Shown: positions 47,880 through 58,194 of the stretch, in pieces
How the letters are laid out: every line of letters begins with the position of its first letter
Numbering within the stretch: the first letter of the stretch is position 1
DNA from: an uncultured delta proteobacterium
GTDB taxonomy: Bacteria; Desulfobacterota; Binatia; Binatales; Binataceae
Assembly (NCBI GenBank): GCA_963814035.1
Contig: CAWFBH010000002.1
Coordinates: 118,691 to 182,690, forward strand
Reading direction: 5' to 3'
DNA length: 64,000 bases
Made by a program: the position numbers and the translations under genes
The notes under the pieces: generated by a model
Database searches by the model: none
What the model was told of the DNA's origin: nothing
What the model saw: the letters and a program-made list of their open reading frames with translations, nothing else

Positions 47880-49202
47880 ATGAAATTAGGATATTTCACC
47901 GAACGTCCGGTCCGCTGGGTCCCGGAAGAAGTCATCCTGAAAAATGGCGCGCACTTCGCGGTCTCCAATAGCTACTTCGATCGCGAGAAGGCAGCCGAAG
48001 ATTACAACTACTACATCGACGAAAATCTCTACGCCGAAGAACTCGGCTTCGACATCGTCGCGCTCAACGAGCATCACGGCAATCCGTTCTGCATGGGCAG
48101 CGTGATGAATGTCGAGGCGGCGATTCTTGCGCGCCTGACCAAGAAGGCGCACATCCTGCTTATCGGCAATCCGCTGCCGGTGTTGAAGCATCCACTGCGG
48201 ATGGCGGAAGAGCTGGCCGAGATCGATCTCATCTCGCGTGGACGCCTCATCACCGGATGGGTGCGCGGCGCGGGCAGCGAGCAGTTCTTCAACAACGCCA
48301 ATCCCGCTTACAATCGCGAATACTTCGAAGAGGCGCACGACTTCATTATTCAAGCGTGGACCAGGCCCGGTCCCTGGCGTTACGAGGGCAAACATTTCAA
48401 CTATCGCCACGTGAACCCATGGGCTCTCCCCTATCAGAAGCCGTATCCACAGATGTGGATTCCGGGCACGCTCAGCCCCGAGACCATTAGGTGGTGCGCG
48501 GAGAAGGGTCATCCTTATTTCGGCCTCGGCACCGCGCTCCCCGCGACTTGCGATATGTGGGACCTCTACGCCGACGAGGCGCTTAAGCACGGGTACGAGG
48601 CGGGCTCGGAAAATTTCGGCTATCTCCTCCCGACCTTCGTCGCCGAAACCGATGAGAAGGCGCAGGAGCTCGGCCAGGGATTTCTCTTCGGCGGCGGGCA
48701 GAATACTTTCTCGCGCGTCGAGCACACGCTGCCTCCGGGTTACAACTCGAAGGAAGCAATTCAGAAGCTCGCCAAGCAGCCGCAGGGAAGCTGGCTCGGC
48801 ATCAGCGGCGAGAAGATGCGCGGCCAGGTCGAGGAAGTTGAGATCGATCCCGTGAAGATTCGTCAGAAGCTGATCCCCGGCTATCAACGGGCGCAGAAGA
48901 ATCTGCAATTCATGATCGGCAGCCCCAAGACCGTAATTCCAAAGATGAAGGCGATCCTAACTACGCTGCGTCCAGGCTCACTCATCGTGTTCAATGTGCA
49001 GGGACCGGTCAGCAACAAGGATCGACAGACCAGCATGCGGCTTATCGCGCAGGAAGTTATGCCGGCGCTCAAGGAACATGCGGATTCTATCGGCCTCGTC
49101 GATGCGATCACGAAGATCCCGGGAACGACCAAGGCGCGCGCGGGCGTGAAGCGTAATCCGGTTGCGGATCGCGGACTGCTGAAGGAATACGGGCTGGTCT
49201 AG
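47880..49202 (+). CDS. LLM class flavin-dependent oxidoreductase
   Basis: AEELGFD..LNEHH, RMAEELAEIDLISRGRL, PYQKPYP.MW. Confidence 0.92.
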   Translation: MKLGYFTERPVRWVPEEVILKNGAHFAVSNSYFDREKAAEDYNYYIDENLYAEELGFDIVALNEHHGNPFCMGSVMNVEAAILARLTKKAHILLIGNPLPVLKHPLRMAEELAEIDLISRGRLITGWVRGAGSEQFFNNANPAYNREYFEEAHDFIIQAWTRPGPWRYEGKHFNYRHVNPWALPYQKPYPQMWIPGTLSPETIRWCAEKGHPYFGLGTALPATCDMWDLYADEALKHGYEAGSENFGYLLPTFVAETDEKAQELGQGFLFGGGQNTFSRVEHTLPPGYNSKEAIQKLAKQPQGSWLGISGEKMRGQVEEVEIDPVKIRQKLIPGYQRAQKNLQFMIGSPKTVIPKMKAILTTLRPGSLIVFNVQGPVSNKDRQTSMRLIAQEVMPALKEHADSIGLVDAITKIPGTTKARAGVKRNPVADRGLLKEYGLV

Positions 49203-49212
49203 GAATTTTTCG

Positions 49213-49968
49213 ATGAGACTGAAAGACAAAGTCGCGCTCATTACCGGCGCAGGATCCGGGATGGGCCGCGCAACCGCGACGCTGTTCGCGCGCGAAGGCG
49301 CCAAGGTCGCGGTGGTTGACGTCAATATGGCGGGCGCCGAGGACACCGTGCGTCGAATCAACGACGCGGGTGGCCAGGCAATCGCGATTCGCGCTGACGT
49401 TTCAAATTCCGAAGATGCAAGCTCGATGGTGTCGGGCACCGTCGCGAAGTTCGGCGGGCTCGACATCATCTACAACAACGCAGGTATCGAAGGCGAAGGC
49501 CGCTTTACCGCCGAAGTTACCGAGGAGCAATTCGATCGCGTCATCGCGATCAACCTTCGCGGCGTATGGCTCGGCATGAAGTACGCGCTGCCCGCATTGG
49601 TCAAACGCGGTGGAGGCGCCGTCATCAGCACCGCGTCGATCGCTGGAATCATCGGGTTGCGTGGCTCGGTAGCGTACAGCGCGGCCAAGGCCGCCGTGAT
49701 CTCGATGACGCGGGTGGTGGCGCTCGAATACGGACGCTACAACATCCGCGCGAACTGCATCTGCCCCGGATTCATCCACACCGAGATGGCGGATCGGGCT
49801 TCGGGCGGACAAGGATTGGCGCCGACCTTCGTCAAGCGCGCGTCGGTGTTCGGACGGATGGGTGAGCCTGAGGAGATCGCGCAGACCGCGCTGTTCCTCG
49901 CGAGCGACGATTGCAAGTTCGCCACCGGCCAACCCTTCGTCATCGACGGCGGCTGGAGCGCGAAGTAG
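49213..49968 (+). CDS. SDR family oxidoreductase
   Basis: TGAGSGMG, NNAG, YSAAK, RANCICPG. Confidence 0.94.
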   Translation: MRLKDKVALITGAGSGMGRATATLFAREGAKVAVVDVNMAGAEDTVRRINDAGGQAIAIRADVSNSEDASSMVSGTVAKFGGLDIIYNNAGIEGEGRFTAEVTEEQFDRVIAINLRGVWLGMKYALPALVKRGGGAVISTASIAGIIGLRGSVAYSAAKAAVISMTRVVALEYGRYNIRANCICPGFIHTEMADRASGGQGLAPTFVKRASVFGRMGEPEEIAQTALFLASDDCKFATGQPFVIDGGWSAK

Positions 49969-50027
49969 TTCCGCAGTATCTCGCCTGCCTTTCCTAAGCG
50001 CTCGTTTTCGACGAGACTGACAGTCGG

Positions 50028-53000
50028 ATGCGATGTCCGAAGTGCAGCACTGAAAACGCAGCGACGGCCAAGTTCTGCGCCGAATGCGGCGCGAAACTCG
50101 AGTCGCGCTGTCCCTCCTGCGGTGCGGAAAATCCGCCTGATGCGAAATTCTGCACGCAATGCGGTACGCGTCTCGGCGAGACTCCAAGTCAGCCGGTCGC
50201 GCCACCTCCACCATCGAGGCAGACCCCTCGCTCTGCGCCTGCTCTGATCGAGCGCCCCGCGACTGATGCGACGACGCTGCCCGAAGGCGAGCGCAAAACC
50301 GTTACTTCCTTATTCGCCGACATCAAAGGATCGATGGATCTGATGGAGGATATCGATCCCGAACAGGCGCGCGCGCTGATCGATCCCGCGCTGCGGATCA
50401 TGATCGACGCGGTCCATCGCTACGACGGCTATATAGTGCAGTCGACCGGCGACGGGATCTTCGCACTCTTCGGCGCGCCGGTCGCGCACGAGGATCATCC
50501 GCATCGCGCGCTGCTCGCCGCCCTTAAGATGCAGGACGATTTGCGGCGCTATTCCACAAAGTTACGCGAGTCAGGCAATTCTCCCATCGAGGTGCGCATC
50601 GGCGCCAACACCGGCGAAGCTGTCGTGCGCACCATCAGGACCGGCGAGGCCCACACCGAGTACACGCCGATTGGCCATGCGACCAGCCTCGCGGCACGGA
50701 TGCAGGCGCTCGCGCCGACCGGCGCAATCGCGATCACGGAAAACACTCGCCGCTTCGTCGAGGGTTATTTCACCCTGAAGCCACTCGGGCCCACGCGGGT
50801 CAAAGGGCTCAGCGAACTCATCAATGTTTACGAGGTCGTGGGACTCGGTCCGCTGCGGACGCGGCTTCAGGCTTCCGCGCAGCGGGGACTATCGAAGTTC
50901 GTCGGACGCGATCACGAGATGGCGCAACTTGGCCGCGCGCTCGAACTCGCGCGCACCGGTCATGGCCAAATCATCGCTGCGGTCGGCGAAGCCGGGGTGG
51001 GAAAGTCGCGCCTATTCCACGAGTTCAAGATCATCGCTCAATCCGGATCGCTCATTCTCGAAACGTTTTCAGTCTCGCATGGAAAGGCCTCGGCTTATCT
51101 GCCGCTCATCGATTTGCTCAAGAATTATTTCGAGATCACCTCGGATGATGAGGAGCGTAGACGCCGCGAGAAAATCGGCGGCAAGGTGCTGATGCTCGAC
51201 CGTGCCCTCGAGGACACCCTGCCCTATTTGTTCTCGCTGCTGGGAGTAGCCGAGGGCGGCGATCCGCTCGCCGAAATGGATGCGGCAATTCGGCGCCGCC
51301 GCACACTCGATGCGATCAAGCGCCTGCTGCTGCGCGAAAGCCTCAACCAGCCCCTCATCGCGGTCTTCGAGGATCTGCATTGGGTCGATACCGAGACGCA
51401 GGGATTCCTGAACCTCTTCGCGGATTCGATCGGGACTGCCCGCGTTCTCATGATGGTGAACTATCGACCGGAATATCGTCATGATTGGGGCTCGAAAAGT
51501 TATTATGTGCAGCTTCAGCTCAATCCGCTCGGGCGCGAAAGCGCGGACAGCCTGCTCGCCGCCATGTTAGGAAACGGCGCGGAACTCGACCCGCTCAAGC
51601 GCCTGATCGTCGAGCGTACCGAGGGCAATCCGTTCTTCATGGAAGAAACCGTGCAAGCGATGTTCGAAAGCGGCGCGCTGGTGCGCAACGGCAAGGTCAG
51701 CCTCGCGCAGCCGCTCAGCTCGATCAAGATTCCACCGAGTGTGAAAGGCATCCTGGCCGCGCGCATCGATCGTCTATCGGTGCAGGAAAAAGACCTGCTG
51801 CAAACGCTTTCGATCATCGGCAAGGAATTTCCGCTCGGGCTAGTCAAGCGCGTGGTAGAACGCGGCGAAGATGAACTCACGCCGACGATGGCGGCCCTGC
51901 AGCTCGGCGAGTTCATTTACGAGCAGCCCGCCTTTCCCGATGTCGAATACGTTTTCAAGCACGCACTGACCCAGGAAGTCGCCTACGATTCGGTACTGAC
52001 AGAAAGACGCAAGTCGATTCACGAGAAAACCGCGATCGCCCTTGAATCGATGTATGCGCAACAGCTCGACGATCACTTGCCTGAGCTCGCGTATCATTTC
52101 AGCCGCAGCGGGAACCCTGAGAAGGGCTTCGACTATCTCATGCGCGCGGGTGAGCAGGCCCGCGCGAATTCCGCCTACCACGAAGCGGTGCAGAATTTTA
52201 CCCGGGCGCTGGAGCTGCTGCGTCTGCTGCCGGAAAATGCCGCACGCGACGCGCGAGAGGTTCGACTCATCGCGATCCAGGGCCAGACCCTGGCTTCCCT
52301 GCGCGGCGTGCTGGATCCCGAAATCCATCGCCTGACCCTGAGGCTGGAGGAACTTTCGGAACGCATCACCGATCCGGATGCGCTCTATCTGGCGATTTTT
52401 GCGCGCTGGAACGTCGAATTCTCCCGCGGCAACCCGCGCGGCGCCGAGGAAATGGCGCGCCGCCTCATCGCGATGGTAACCAACCCGAACGACACTCGGA
52501 TGGCCTCGGCGCTGCAGCTTCTCGGAGTCGCGCAGATCTGGCGCGGTCATCCGGTACAGGCGCGGGTCAGCTTCGAGCGTGCCGTGGAGCTGTTCAACAT
52601 CGATTTGGAAAAGTCGCTGTTCAGTATGGTTGATCCGGTGGTTCCCAATCGCGCGCAGCTAGCATGGGCGCAGTGGATGTGCGGCTACCCCGATAAGGCG
52701 CGGCGCTGCGCCGACGAAGCACTCGCGCTGGCGTTGCGGCTGAACCGCCCCTTCAGCATTGCGTTCGCGTTGCAATACAAAGTTTCCGTGGATCATCTAT
52801 GCCGCACCTACACGGACACGATGGCGACCACCCAGAACCTGGTTTCGGTCGCGCGAGAGAATGGCTTTCCGATTTGGCTCGCGTGCGGAACCATATCGAC
52901 GGGTCGGATAATGATGAACGCCGGCGACATCGATCGCGGAGTGCAACTGATGCGGGAAGGGCTTCAGCAGATTCGCGAAGCCGGCGGCGAACTACTCCAT

Positions 53001-53408
53001 CAATTCATGCGCGTGCTGTTCGCCGAATCGTGTCTGGAAGCCAAACTCGCGGACGAGGGAATCAGGGCGCTGGACCAGGCGCTCGAATCCGTCGATCGCT
53101 TCGACACGAGAATCCTGGAATCCGAGATTCACCGCATCCGCGGCGAATTCCATCGCCGCGAACCCAATGACCGCGCTGCCGAACAGCAGTTCCGCGAGGC
53201 GCTGCAGATCGCGCGAGCCCAGGAAGCCAAAGGATGGGAGCTTCGCGCCGCCAATAGCCTGACGCGACTGTTGCTCGAACACGGCAAGCATGATGAGGCG
53301 CGCGCCATCATCGAACCGATCTACGGATGGTTCACGGAAGGCTTAGCAACCGGTGATCTGCGTGAAGCGAAGTCCTTGCTGGACGAGGCGTTAGCTCGGA
53401 GCGCCTGA
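50028..53408 (+). CDS. Double zinc ribbon + class III cyclase + AAA ATPase + TPR protein
   Basis: CPKC..CAEC..CPSC..CTQC; LFADIKGS, TGDG; GEAGVGKS; FEDLHW; EGNPFF; C-terminal WELRAA..WFTEG. Confidence 0.93.
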   Translation: MRCPKCSTENAATAKFCAECGAKLESRCPSCGAENPPDAKFCTQCGTRLGETPSQPVAPPPPSRQTPRSAPALIERPATDATTLPEGERKTVTSLFADIKGSMDLMEDIDPEQARALIDPALRIMIDAVHRYDGYIVQSTGDGIFALFGAPVAHEDHPHRALLAALKMQDDLRRYSTKLRESGNSPIEVRIGANTGEAVVRTIRTGEAHTEYTPIGHATSLAARMQALAPTGAIAITENTRRFVEGYFTLKPLGPTRVKGLSELINVYEVVGLGPLRTRLQASAQRGLSKFVGRDHEMAQLGRALELARTGHGQIIAAVGEAGVGKSRLFHEFKIIAQSGSLILETFSVSHGKASAYLPLIDLLKNYFEITSDDEERRRREKIGGKVLMLDRALEDTLPYLFSLLGVAEGGDPLAEMDAAIRRRRTLDAIKRLLLRESLNQPLIAVFEDLHWVDTETQGFLNLFADSIGTARVLMMVNYRPEYRHDWGSKSYYVQLQLNPLGRESADSLLAAMLGNGAELDPLKRLIVERTEGNPFFMEETVQAMFESGALVRNGKVSLAQPLSSIKIPPSVKGILAARIDRLSVQEKDLLQTLSIIGKEFPLGLVKRVVERGEDELTPTMAALQLGEFIYEQPAFPDVEYVFKHALTQEVAYDSVLTERRKSIHEKTAIALESMYAQQLDDHLPELAYHFSRSGNPEKGFDYLMRAGEQARANSAYHEAVQNFTRALELLRLLPENAARDAREVRLIAIQGQTLASLRGVLDPEIHRLTLRLEELSERITDPDALYLAIFARWNVEFSRGNPRGAEEMARRLIAMVTNPNDTRMASALQLLGVAQIWRGHPVQARVSFERAVELFNIDLEKSLFSMVDPVVPNRAQLAWAQWMCGYPDKARRCADEALALALRLNRPFSIAFALQYKVSVDHLCRTYTDTMATTQNLVSVARENGFPIWLACGTISTGRIMMNAGDIDRGVQLMREGLQQIREAGGELLHQFMRVLFAESCLEAKLADEGIRALDQALESVDRFDTRILESEIHRIRGEFHRREPNDRAAEQQFREALQIARAQEAKGWELRAANSLTRLLLEHGKHDEARAIIEPIYGWFTEGLATGDLREAKSLLDEALARSA

Positions 53409-55421
53409 GGCGACCGGTTCGGCGCGGTGCGGTGGCGTAAGTCTCTCAATCGCCGCGCGGATCGCATGATGCGTTCCTGCCAGCCCCAGCACATCGCCAT
53501 CGCGCAGGACCTCATGGTGCCCAGGGACCACCAACCCGTCGTGCCCGCGGCCGATTGCGACCACCACCGCGCCGGTTGCCGATGGAAGATGCAAATCCGC
53601 GATCGTCCTACCGCTCGCGGGACTGCCGGGCTCGAGCCGCACCGGCACGATGACTCCGAGTCCGGGGATCTCCTCTTCCTGAAGCTTGCCCGGCATCTTC
53701 TGTGTATGTTCCACGGCCAGTGCGCGCGCGATGAGGCGCGCGGCTTCGCGCATCTGGCCCAGCGTCCTTGACACTCCGCGCCAGGTCACGATGCCCATTG
53801 CGGCGACCGCCAGTGCGAGCACTCCGACTCCCTCCAGTGGTTCAAGGAACGGCTGCACGATCGCGAGAACGACGATGGTGACAACGATCATCAGCGCGAC
53901 GTGCATGATCTCGACCAACGATTCCCATCCGGGCGGCCTGACCTCACCGTCAGCCGCTCCTTCCGGAATCGCGCGCGCCGCCAGCGCGAGCGCGAGCCGC
54001 CCGGTCGCGTGAAACAACGCAAGCGACGGAAATCCGCATGCCGCGACGGTTATCGCTCCCAGCGCGGTTTCAGCCGCCACGAACGACAGCGAGAAGGAGC
54101 TTTGGAGCAAAAATGTCAGCGGCTCCATAAATACTTCGGCCCCGATGATGAACCCGGCGATCACCACCGCCGAGCAGATCATCGCGATGAACGACCATCG
54201 AATCGTCACCACCTGTGTGCGCGATGCCGCCCGCCCGCGGATGTGCTCGACTGCGGCCTCATAAAGCGCTTCGAGCACGACGAAACCGCGCGGAACGCGC
54301 CGTTCGAAGCTCTCCGCGATTGGCCCCGACGCCCGGATGAGATACGGCGTGGTGAAAGTGGTGACGACGGAAACCGCGACCGCCAGCGAATAGAGGAAGT
54401 CCCGCGCAGCGTGAGTTTCCAGCGCCAGCGCGGCGATGATGAAAGAAAACTCGCCGATCTGCGCCAGGCTCATGCCGGCCTCGACCGAGAGTCTGGGTCC
54501 GGAACCCGCCAGCATCGCGCCCACCGTAACGCCGAGAATCTTGCCTAGAATGACGGTGGTCACGAGGATGAGCATCGCGATCCAATGGTCGGCGACCAGC
54601 GCCGGATTCAACAGCATGCCGACCGACACGAAGAACACGGCCGCGAACATATCGCGAACCGGCAAAATCAGATGCTCAACCTTGTGACCCTGGCCGGACT
54701 CCGCGACCAGCGATCCCGCGAGGAACGCGCCGAGCGCAACCGAATAGCCGAAATGATCGGCCAAAATGGCGAATGCGAAGCAGATTCCGATGCTTGCGAC
54801 CAGCAGCGTCTCCGCGCGTTCGAAACTCGCGACGAGCCGAATTAGCCGCGGCACCACCAGCATCCCGACGCCGACCAACGCCGCGAGGAATAATGCGAGC
54901 CGCCCCACCGTGACCCCGATCATTCGCGCCGACATACCATTGCCCGATGCCAACGCGGTCAACACCGCGAGTTCGATCACCGCGATGAGATCTTCGGTGA
55001 GCAAAACCCCGAGGACCAACTCGCGCAGGCGTTCCGGCACCTTATTTTCCTCGTATACCTTGGCGACGATGGTGGTGCTCGAAATCGACAGCAGCGCGCC
55101 GGTGAAAACGCTCTCGAGCGAGCTCCATCCCATCGCCTGGCCAACCATGTACCCGAGCCAGATCATCAGACTGACTTGAAGTACGGAAATAAATCCCGAG
55201 GTCGGGCCCACCCGGACCAGCCGGCGCACTGAAAATTCCAGTCCGAGCGCGAACATCAACAGGATAACGCCGAGTTCCGAAATGGTATGGATGCGCTCCG
55301 GGTTCGCATACACGAATGGCGTATACGGTCCGACGATAACGCCGGCAATCAGGTAGCCGACCACCACCGGTTGGCGAATCGCCTGGAAGACCACGGTGGT
55401 GAAGGCCGCCACGCACAGCAC
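53391..55421 (-). CDS. CPA2 cation:proton antiporter with TrkA-C domain
   Basis: VVGYLIAG, ELGVILLMFALGLE, SSTTIV, LGAFLAG, QIGEFSF; C-terminal GAVVVAIGRG. Reading frame extends about 25 codons upstream; true start uncertain. Confidence 0.92.
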   Translation of the reverse strand: MLCVAAFTTVVFQAIRQPVVVGYLIAGVIVGPYTPFVYANPERIHTISELGVILLMFALGLEFSVRRLVRVGPTSGFISVLQVSLMIWLGYMVGQAMGWSSLESVFTGALLSISSTTIVAKVYEENKVPERLRELVLGVLLTEDLIAVIELAVLTALASGNGMSARMIGVTVGRLALFLAALVGVGMLVVPRLIRLVASFERAETLLVASIGICFAFAILADHFGYSVALGAFLAGSLVAESGQGHKVEHLILPVRDMFAAVFFVSVGMLLNPALVADHWIAMLILVTTVILGKILGVTVGAMLAGSGPRLSVEAGMSLAQIGEFSFIIAALALETHAARDFLYSLAVAVSVVTTFTTPYLIRASGPIAESFERRVPRGFVVLEALYEAAVEHIRGRAASRTQVVTIRWSFIAMICSAVVIAGFIIGAEVFMEPLTFLLQSSFSLSFVAAETALGAITVAACGFPSLALFHATGRLALALAARAIPEGAADGEVRPPGWESLVEIMHVALMIVVTIVVLAIVQPFLEPLEGVGVLALAVAAMGIVTWRGVSRTLGQMREAARLIARALAVEHTQKMPGKLQEEEIPGLGVIVPVRLEPGSPASGRTIADLHLPSATGAVVVAIGRGHDGLVVPGHHEVLRDGDVLGLAGTHHAIRAAIERLTPPHRAEPVASGAPS

Positions 55422-55711
55422 CAGCGCGAGGTCTTCGAGAAAATTGTGCGAGATGATTTCCGGGATCAGAACGACTAACCCTCGCCCCCTGTGAAGTTAC
55501 AGGAGAGTAACATTTCTCAAAAGCCGAGTCCGACCCCGTGACACGAGAAGCCGCGTTATCGTAATAGGCGGCAACGCGTAAGTTTCGCGCGGATCTTCCA
55601 AGATCGCGGCATCGCCGGAGGATTCACAGCTTCGACTCAAGACTGCATTTGAGCTGGTGCTGCCCCTATAGTATTGACCACACAGAGCGGGACTGTTAGC
55701 TAAGAGGGATT

Positions 55712-56005
55712 ATGCCGCACATTCCCGTTCATCCGTCAGCAGAGAAGCGCCACCGGCAGAACCTCAAGCGCCGCGAACATAACCGTATGGCGCGGACCCA
55801 GGTCCGCACCGCTGTCAAAGTTGCATCCGAATCGATTGCCGCGACAGATGCCGCCGCAGCGCAGGAGAAACTGCGCACCGCCATCGCCGCGCTCGACAAG
55901 GCCGCCAGCAAAGGCAAGCTGCATCGCAACACGGCGAGCCGCAAGATCGGACGTCTCTCGGCGCAGTTTCATAAAACGCACGGCGCGAAATCTCAGCAAG
56001 CTTAG
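55712..56005 (+). CDS. rpsT: 30S ribosomal protein S20
   Basis: SAEKRHRQ, LDKAASKGKLHRNTASRK. Confidence 0.96.
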   Translation: MPHIPVHPSAEKRHRQNLKRREHNRMARTQVRTAVKVASESIAATDAAAAQEKLRTAIAALDKAASKGKLHRNTASRKIGRLSAQFHKTHGAKSQQA

Positions 56006-56021
56006 CGGGTGGATTTTTATG

Positions 56022-56055
56022 ATGGCGGCGTCCTTCGGGCGCCGCTATCGTTTTT
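56022..56055. terminator. Intrinsic terminator between convergent rpsT and holA
   Basis: GC stem with C(UUCG)G loop followed by TTTTT. Confidence 0.75.
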
Positions 56056-56057
56056 AG

Positions 56058-57119
56058 CTATTGCGTCGTCAGCTCGAGCACCAGCGCCGATAGTGCCTCG
56101 GCGCGATCCTTTATCTCGCCGTTCTTGAAGCCGATGTCGAGTTCGCCCGCGCGACGATACGCGCGCCGAAGCCGCGCAAGCCCGAAACGTTTTGCGCCAT
56201 CGATGGCGCGGGTCGCCAAAGGACTGGTCGGCCCAAATCCGAGAGCTCCCGCAATGTCGTAGGCGCTTTTGCGCGCCGCCAGCATCGAGGCCGCCAGCAT
56301 CATACGCCGCATCACCGGGATGAACTCGACCGCAAGCAGCTCAAATGGATCGCGTCCGCCCGCAAGCGACCGATCCAGTTGCGCGAGCGTCGCCGACATT
56401 CTCCCCGCCGATAGGCTCTCGGCGATTTCGAATGGTTCGGGCAGCTTCGAGGGTCCCTGCTCCGTCAGATCCGCGGCTTCTATCGACGCTCCTTTTTCCA
56501 GATGAATCGCCAGCTTGCCGAGCGCATTCGCGATCGCGGCGAGATCGCCGCCGTGGCGCGCGACCAGCAGCTCGGCGGCGCTCTGTGAAAGTTTCAAATC
56601 GAAGCCACGCGCGAAACTTGCCGCATATTGAGGGAGCTGATTGTCAAAAGGACGCAAGCAGTTCACCAGGATGCCGGCGCTTTCGGCGGCGCGCCGAATC
56701 TTCGCCGGCGCCGCATCCTTGTCGTACACGATGACGAGGTGGTTAGGCGGACGCGCGTCGCTCACCGCGCCAATCAGGCCCGCGTCGCCACCCCGCGTTT
56801 CCTTCTCCGATGAGTCATCGGCGGAGAGACTTTCTTCGCCGCCGCGATCCCGGAAGGAACGCATCACACGGCAGACCAGCATTCGTTTGGGAGCGAAGAG
56901 GTCCGGCGCGCGAAGCTCCTCAACCACGGAAGCAAAGTCCGAGGCATTGGCGATCTGGAAGGTCCGATACTGAAGGCCTTCCCGAACCAGGCGGCGCGCG
57001 ATCGCATCCACTATGTATTCACGAAGGAAGGCTTGCGGCCCCGCGATAAGAATCGCCGCGGGCAGCGTCTTGGCGGTTTCGACGATGCGAAGGAATCCTA
57101 GCCCGTTCTCCGCCGCCAT
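56058..57119 (-). CDS. holA: DNA polymerase III delta subunit
   Basis: Degenerate AAA-like (AGPQAFL), DLFAPKR, GGDLAAIANALGKL; conserved lptE-holA-rpsT context. Confidence 0.85.
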   Translation of the reverse strand: MAAENGLGFLRIVETAKTLPAAILIAGPQAFLREYIVDAIARRLVREGLQYRTFQIANASDFASVVEELRAPDLFAPKRMLVCRVMRSFRDRGGEESLSADDSSEKETRGGDAGLIGAVSDARPPNHLVIVYDKDAAPAKIRRAAESAGILVNCLRPFDNQLPQYAASFARGFDLKLSQSAAELLVARHGGDLAAIANALGKLAIHLEKGASIEAADLTEQGPSKLPEPFEIAESLSAGRMSATLAQLDRSLAGGRDPFELLAVEFIPVMRRMMLAASMLAARKSAYDIAGALGFGPTSPLATRAIDGAKRFGLARLRRAYRRAGELDIGFKNGEIKDRAEALSALVLELTTQ

Positions 57120-57137
57120 GGTTCCCCTCCTCGATCG

Positions 57138-57722
57138 TCAGAACCCCGTCGCCATCGAGTCGTACATATGAGCCGCCAGGTTCGCCATCATCTGAGTGCG
57201 CGACCCGCGCTCCTGGGTCTCGGTCGTCTGGATGTCGCTCAACCGCGCGATATCGGCGGTGCGGAGATTCTGCTGCAGGAATGTCGGCGTGGTGTTCAGG
57301 ACGTTCTGCGATACCGTCGCGTAGTTCTCGCTATCACTCATCTGATTGACGCTCCACAGCAGCTTGCCGCTGTGGTGATCCCGCAGCCATGCGCGCACGA
57401 CTAACGTCTCGCCATACTGGGTAGGTTCGAGCACCGAGTTGAATGCATTCGGGACCGTCAGGACTTGCAGGACGGCGCCGGTCAGTTCCAGGTCGGCATC
57501 CGAGGGGCTATCGACGATAGTGAGCCGTTTGTGACTTGCGATCTCATCCTTCAAGTACACCATGAACTCGTCGTTGATGCCGGTCTGGCGGGTCTGATTG
57601 GTGAAGCGCGCGACGTAAATGGTTTGTGCGCTATCCGGCAGGTTGGTGCCCGCAGCGCCGAAATGATAGCCGCACCCGGATGCGAGCAGCATCAGGGCGA
57701 TTATCGCTACCCGCCTAGTCAT
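57138..57722 (-). CDS. lptE: LPS-assembly lipoprotein LptE
   Basis: Lipobox LASGC then GYHF, IYVARFTNQT, ADLELTG; upstream of holA. Confidence 0.85.
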   Translation of the reverse strand: MTRRVAIIALMLLASGCGYHFGAAGTNLPDSAQTIYVARFTNQTRQTGINDEFMVYLKDEIASHKRLTIVDSPSDADLELTGAVLQVLTVPNAFNSVLEPTQYGETLVVRAWLRDHHSGKLLWSVNQMSDSENYATVSQNVLNTTPTFLQQNLRTADIARLSDIQTTETQERGSRTQMMANLAAHMYDSMATGF

Positions 57723-58161
57723 GCTTCGCAGACGGGCGATCTTCACCTTTCTCTTTAAGTTTGCATACGTCGGCGATGTGGTCGAGGACGCCATTGACGA
57801 AGCGTCCAGAGCCTTCATCGCCATAGGTTTTTGCCAGCTCGATCGCCTCGTCGATGGTGACGCGCGTTGGTACGTCGTCCATGTGCAACATCTCGAAGAC
57901 GGCCATGCGCAGGATGTTGTGATCGATACGCGACAGGCGCTTCACCGACCAATGCTCCAGCGCGTCGGCGATTTGCTTGTCGAGGTCGCGTTCATCCTTG
58001 CGGACACCATCGATGAGCGCATTGGCGAAGACCCGCATCTGACTGTCGGTGGGTGCGGTTTCGAACAACGCCGCGAGGTCATCGCTCGAGGCGCCGCCGC
58101 ATATGTCGATTCGGTAGAGAGCCTTGAGCGCGAGCTCGCGGCCCATGTGTCTGCTTCCCAT
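57715..58161 (-). CDS. nusB: Transcription antitermination factor NusB
   Basis: RELALKALY, LSRIDHNILR, VTIDEAIELAK.YG, FVNGVLD. Confidence 0.95.
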   Translation of the reverse strand: MGSRHMGRELALKALYRIDICGGASSDDLAALFETAPTDSQMRVFANALIDGVRKDERDLDKQIADALEHWSVKRLSRIDHNILRMAVFEMLHMDDVPTRVTIDEAIELAKTYGDEGSGRFVNGVLDHIADVCKLKEKGEDRPSAKHD

Positions 58162-58194
58162 AAAAATCAAGCCGCGCACGCCGCGACCGCGCAG

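Noticed and set aside
55478-55503. Short hairpin CCTGT..ACAGG with CTAACCCTCGCCCC upstream of the antiporter
   Set aside because: Probably a worn copy of the palindromic repeat family; too short to support a regulatory call.
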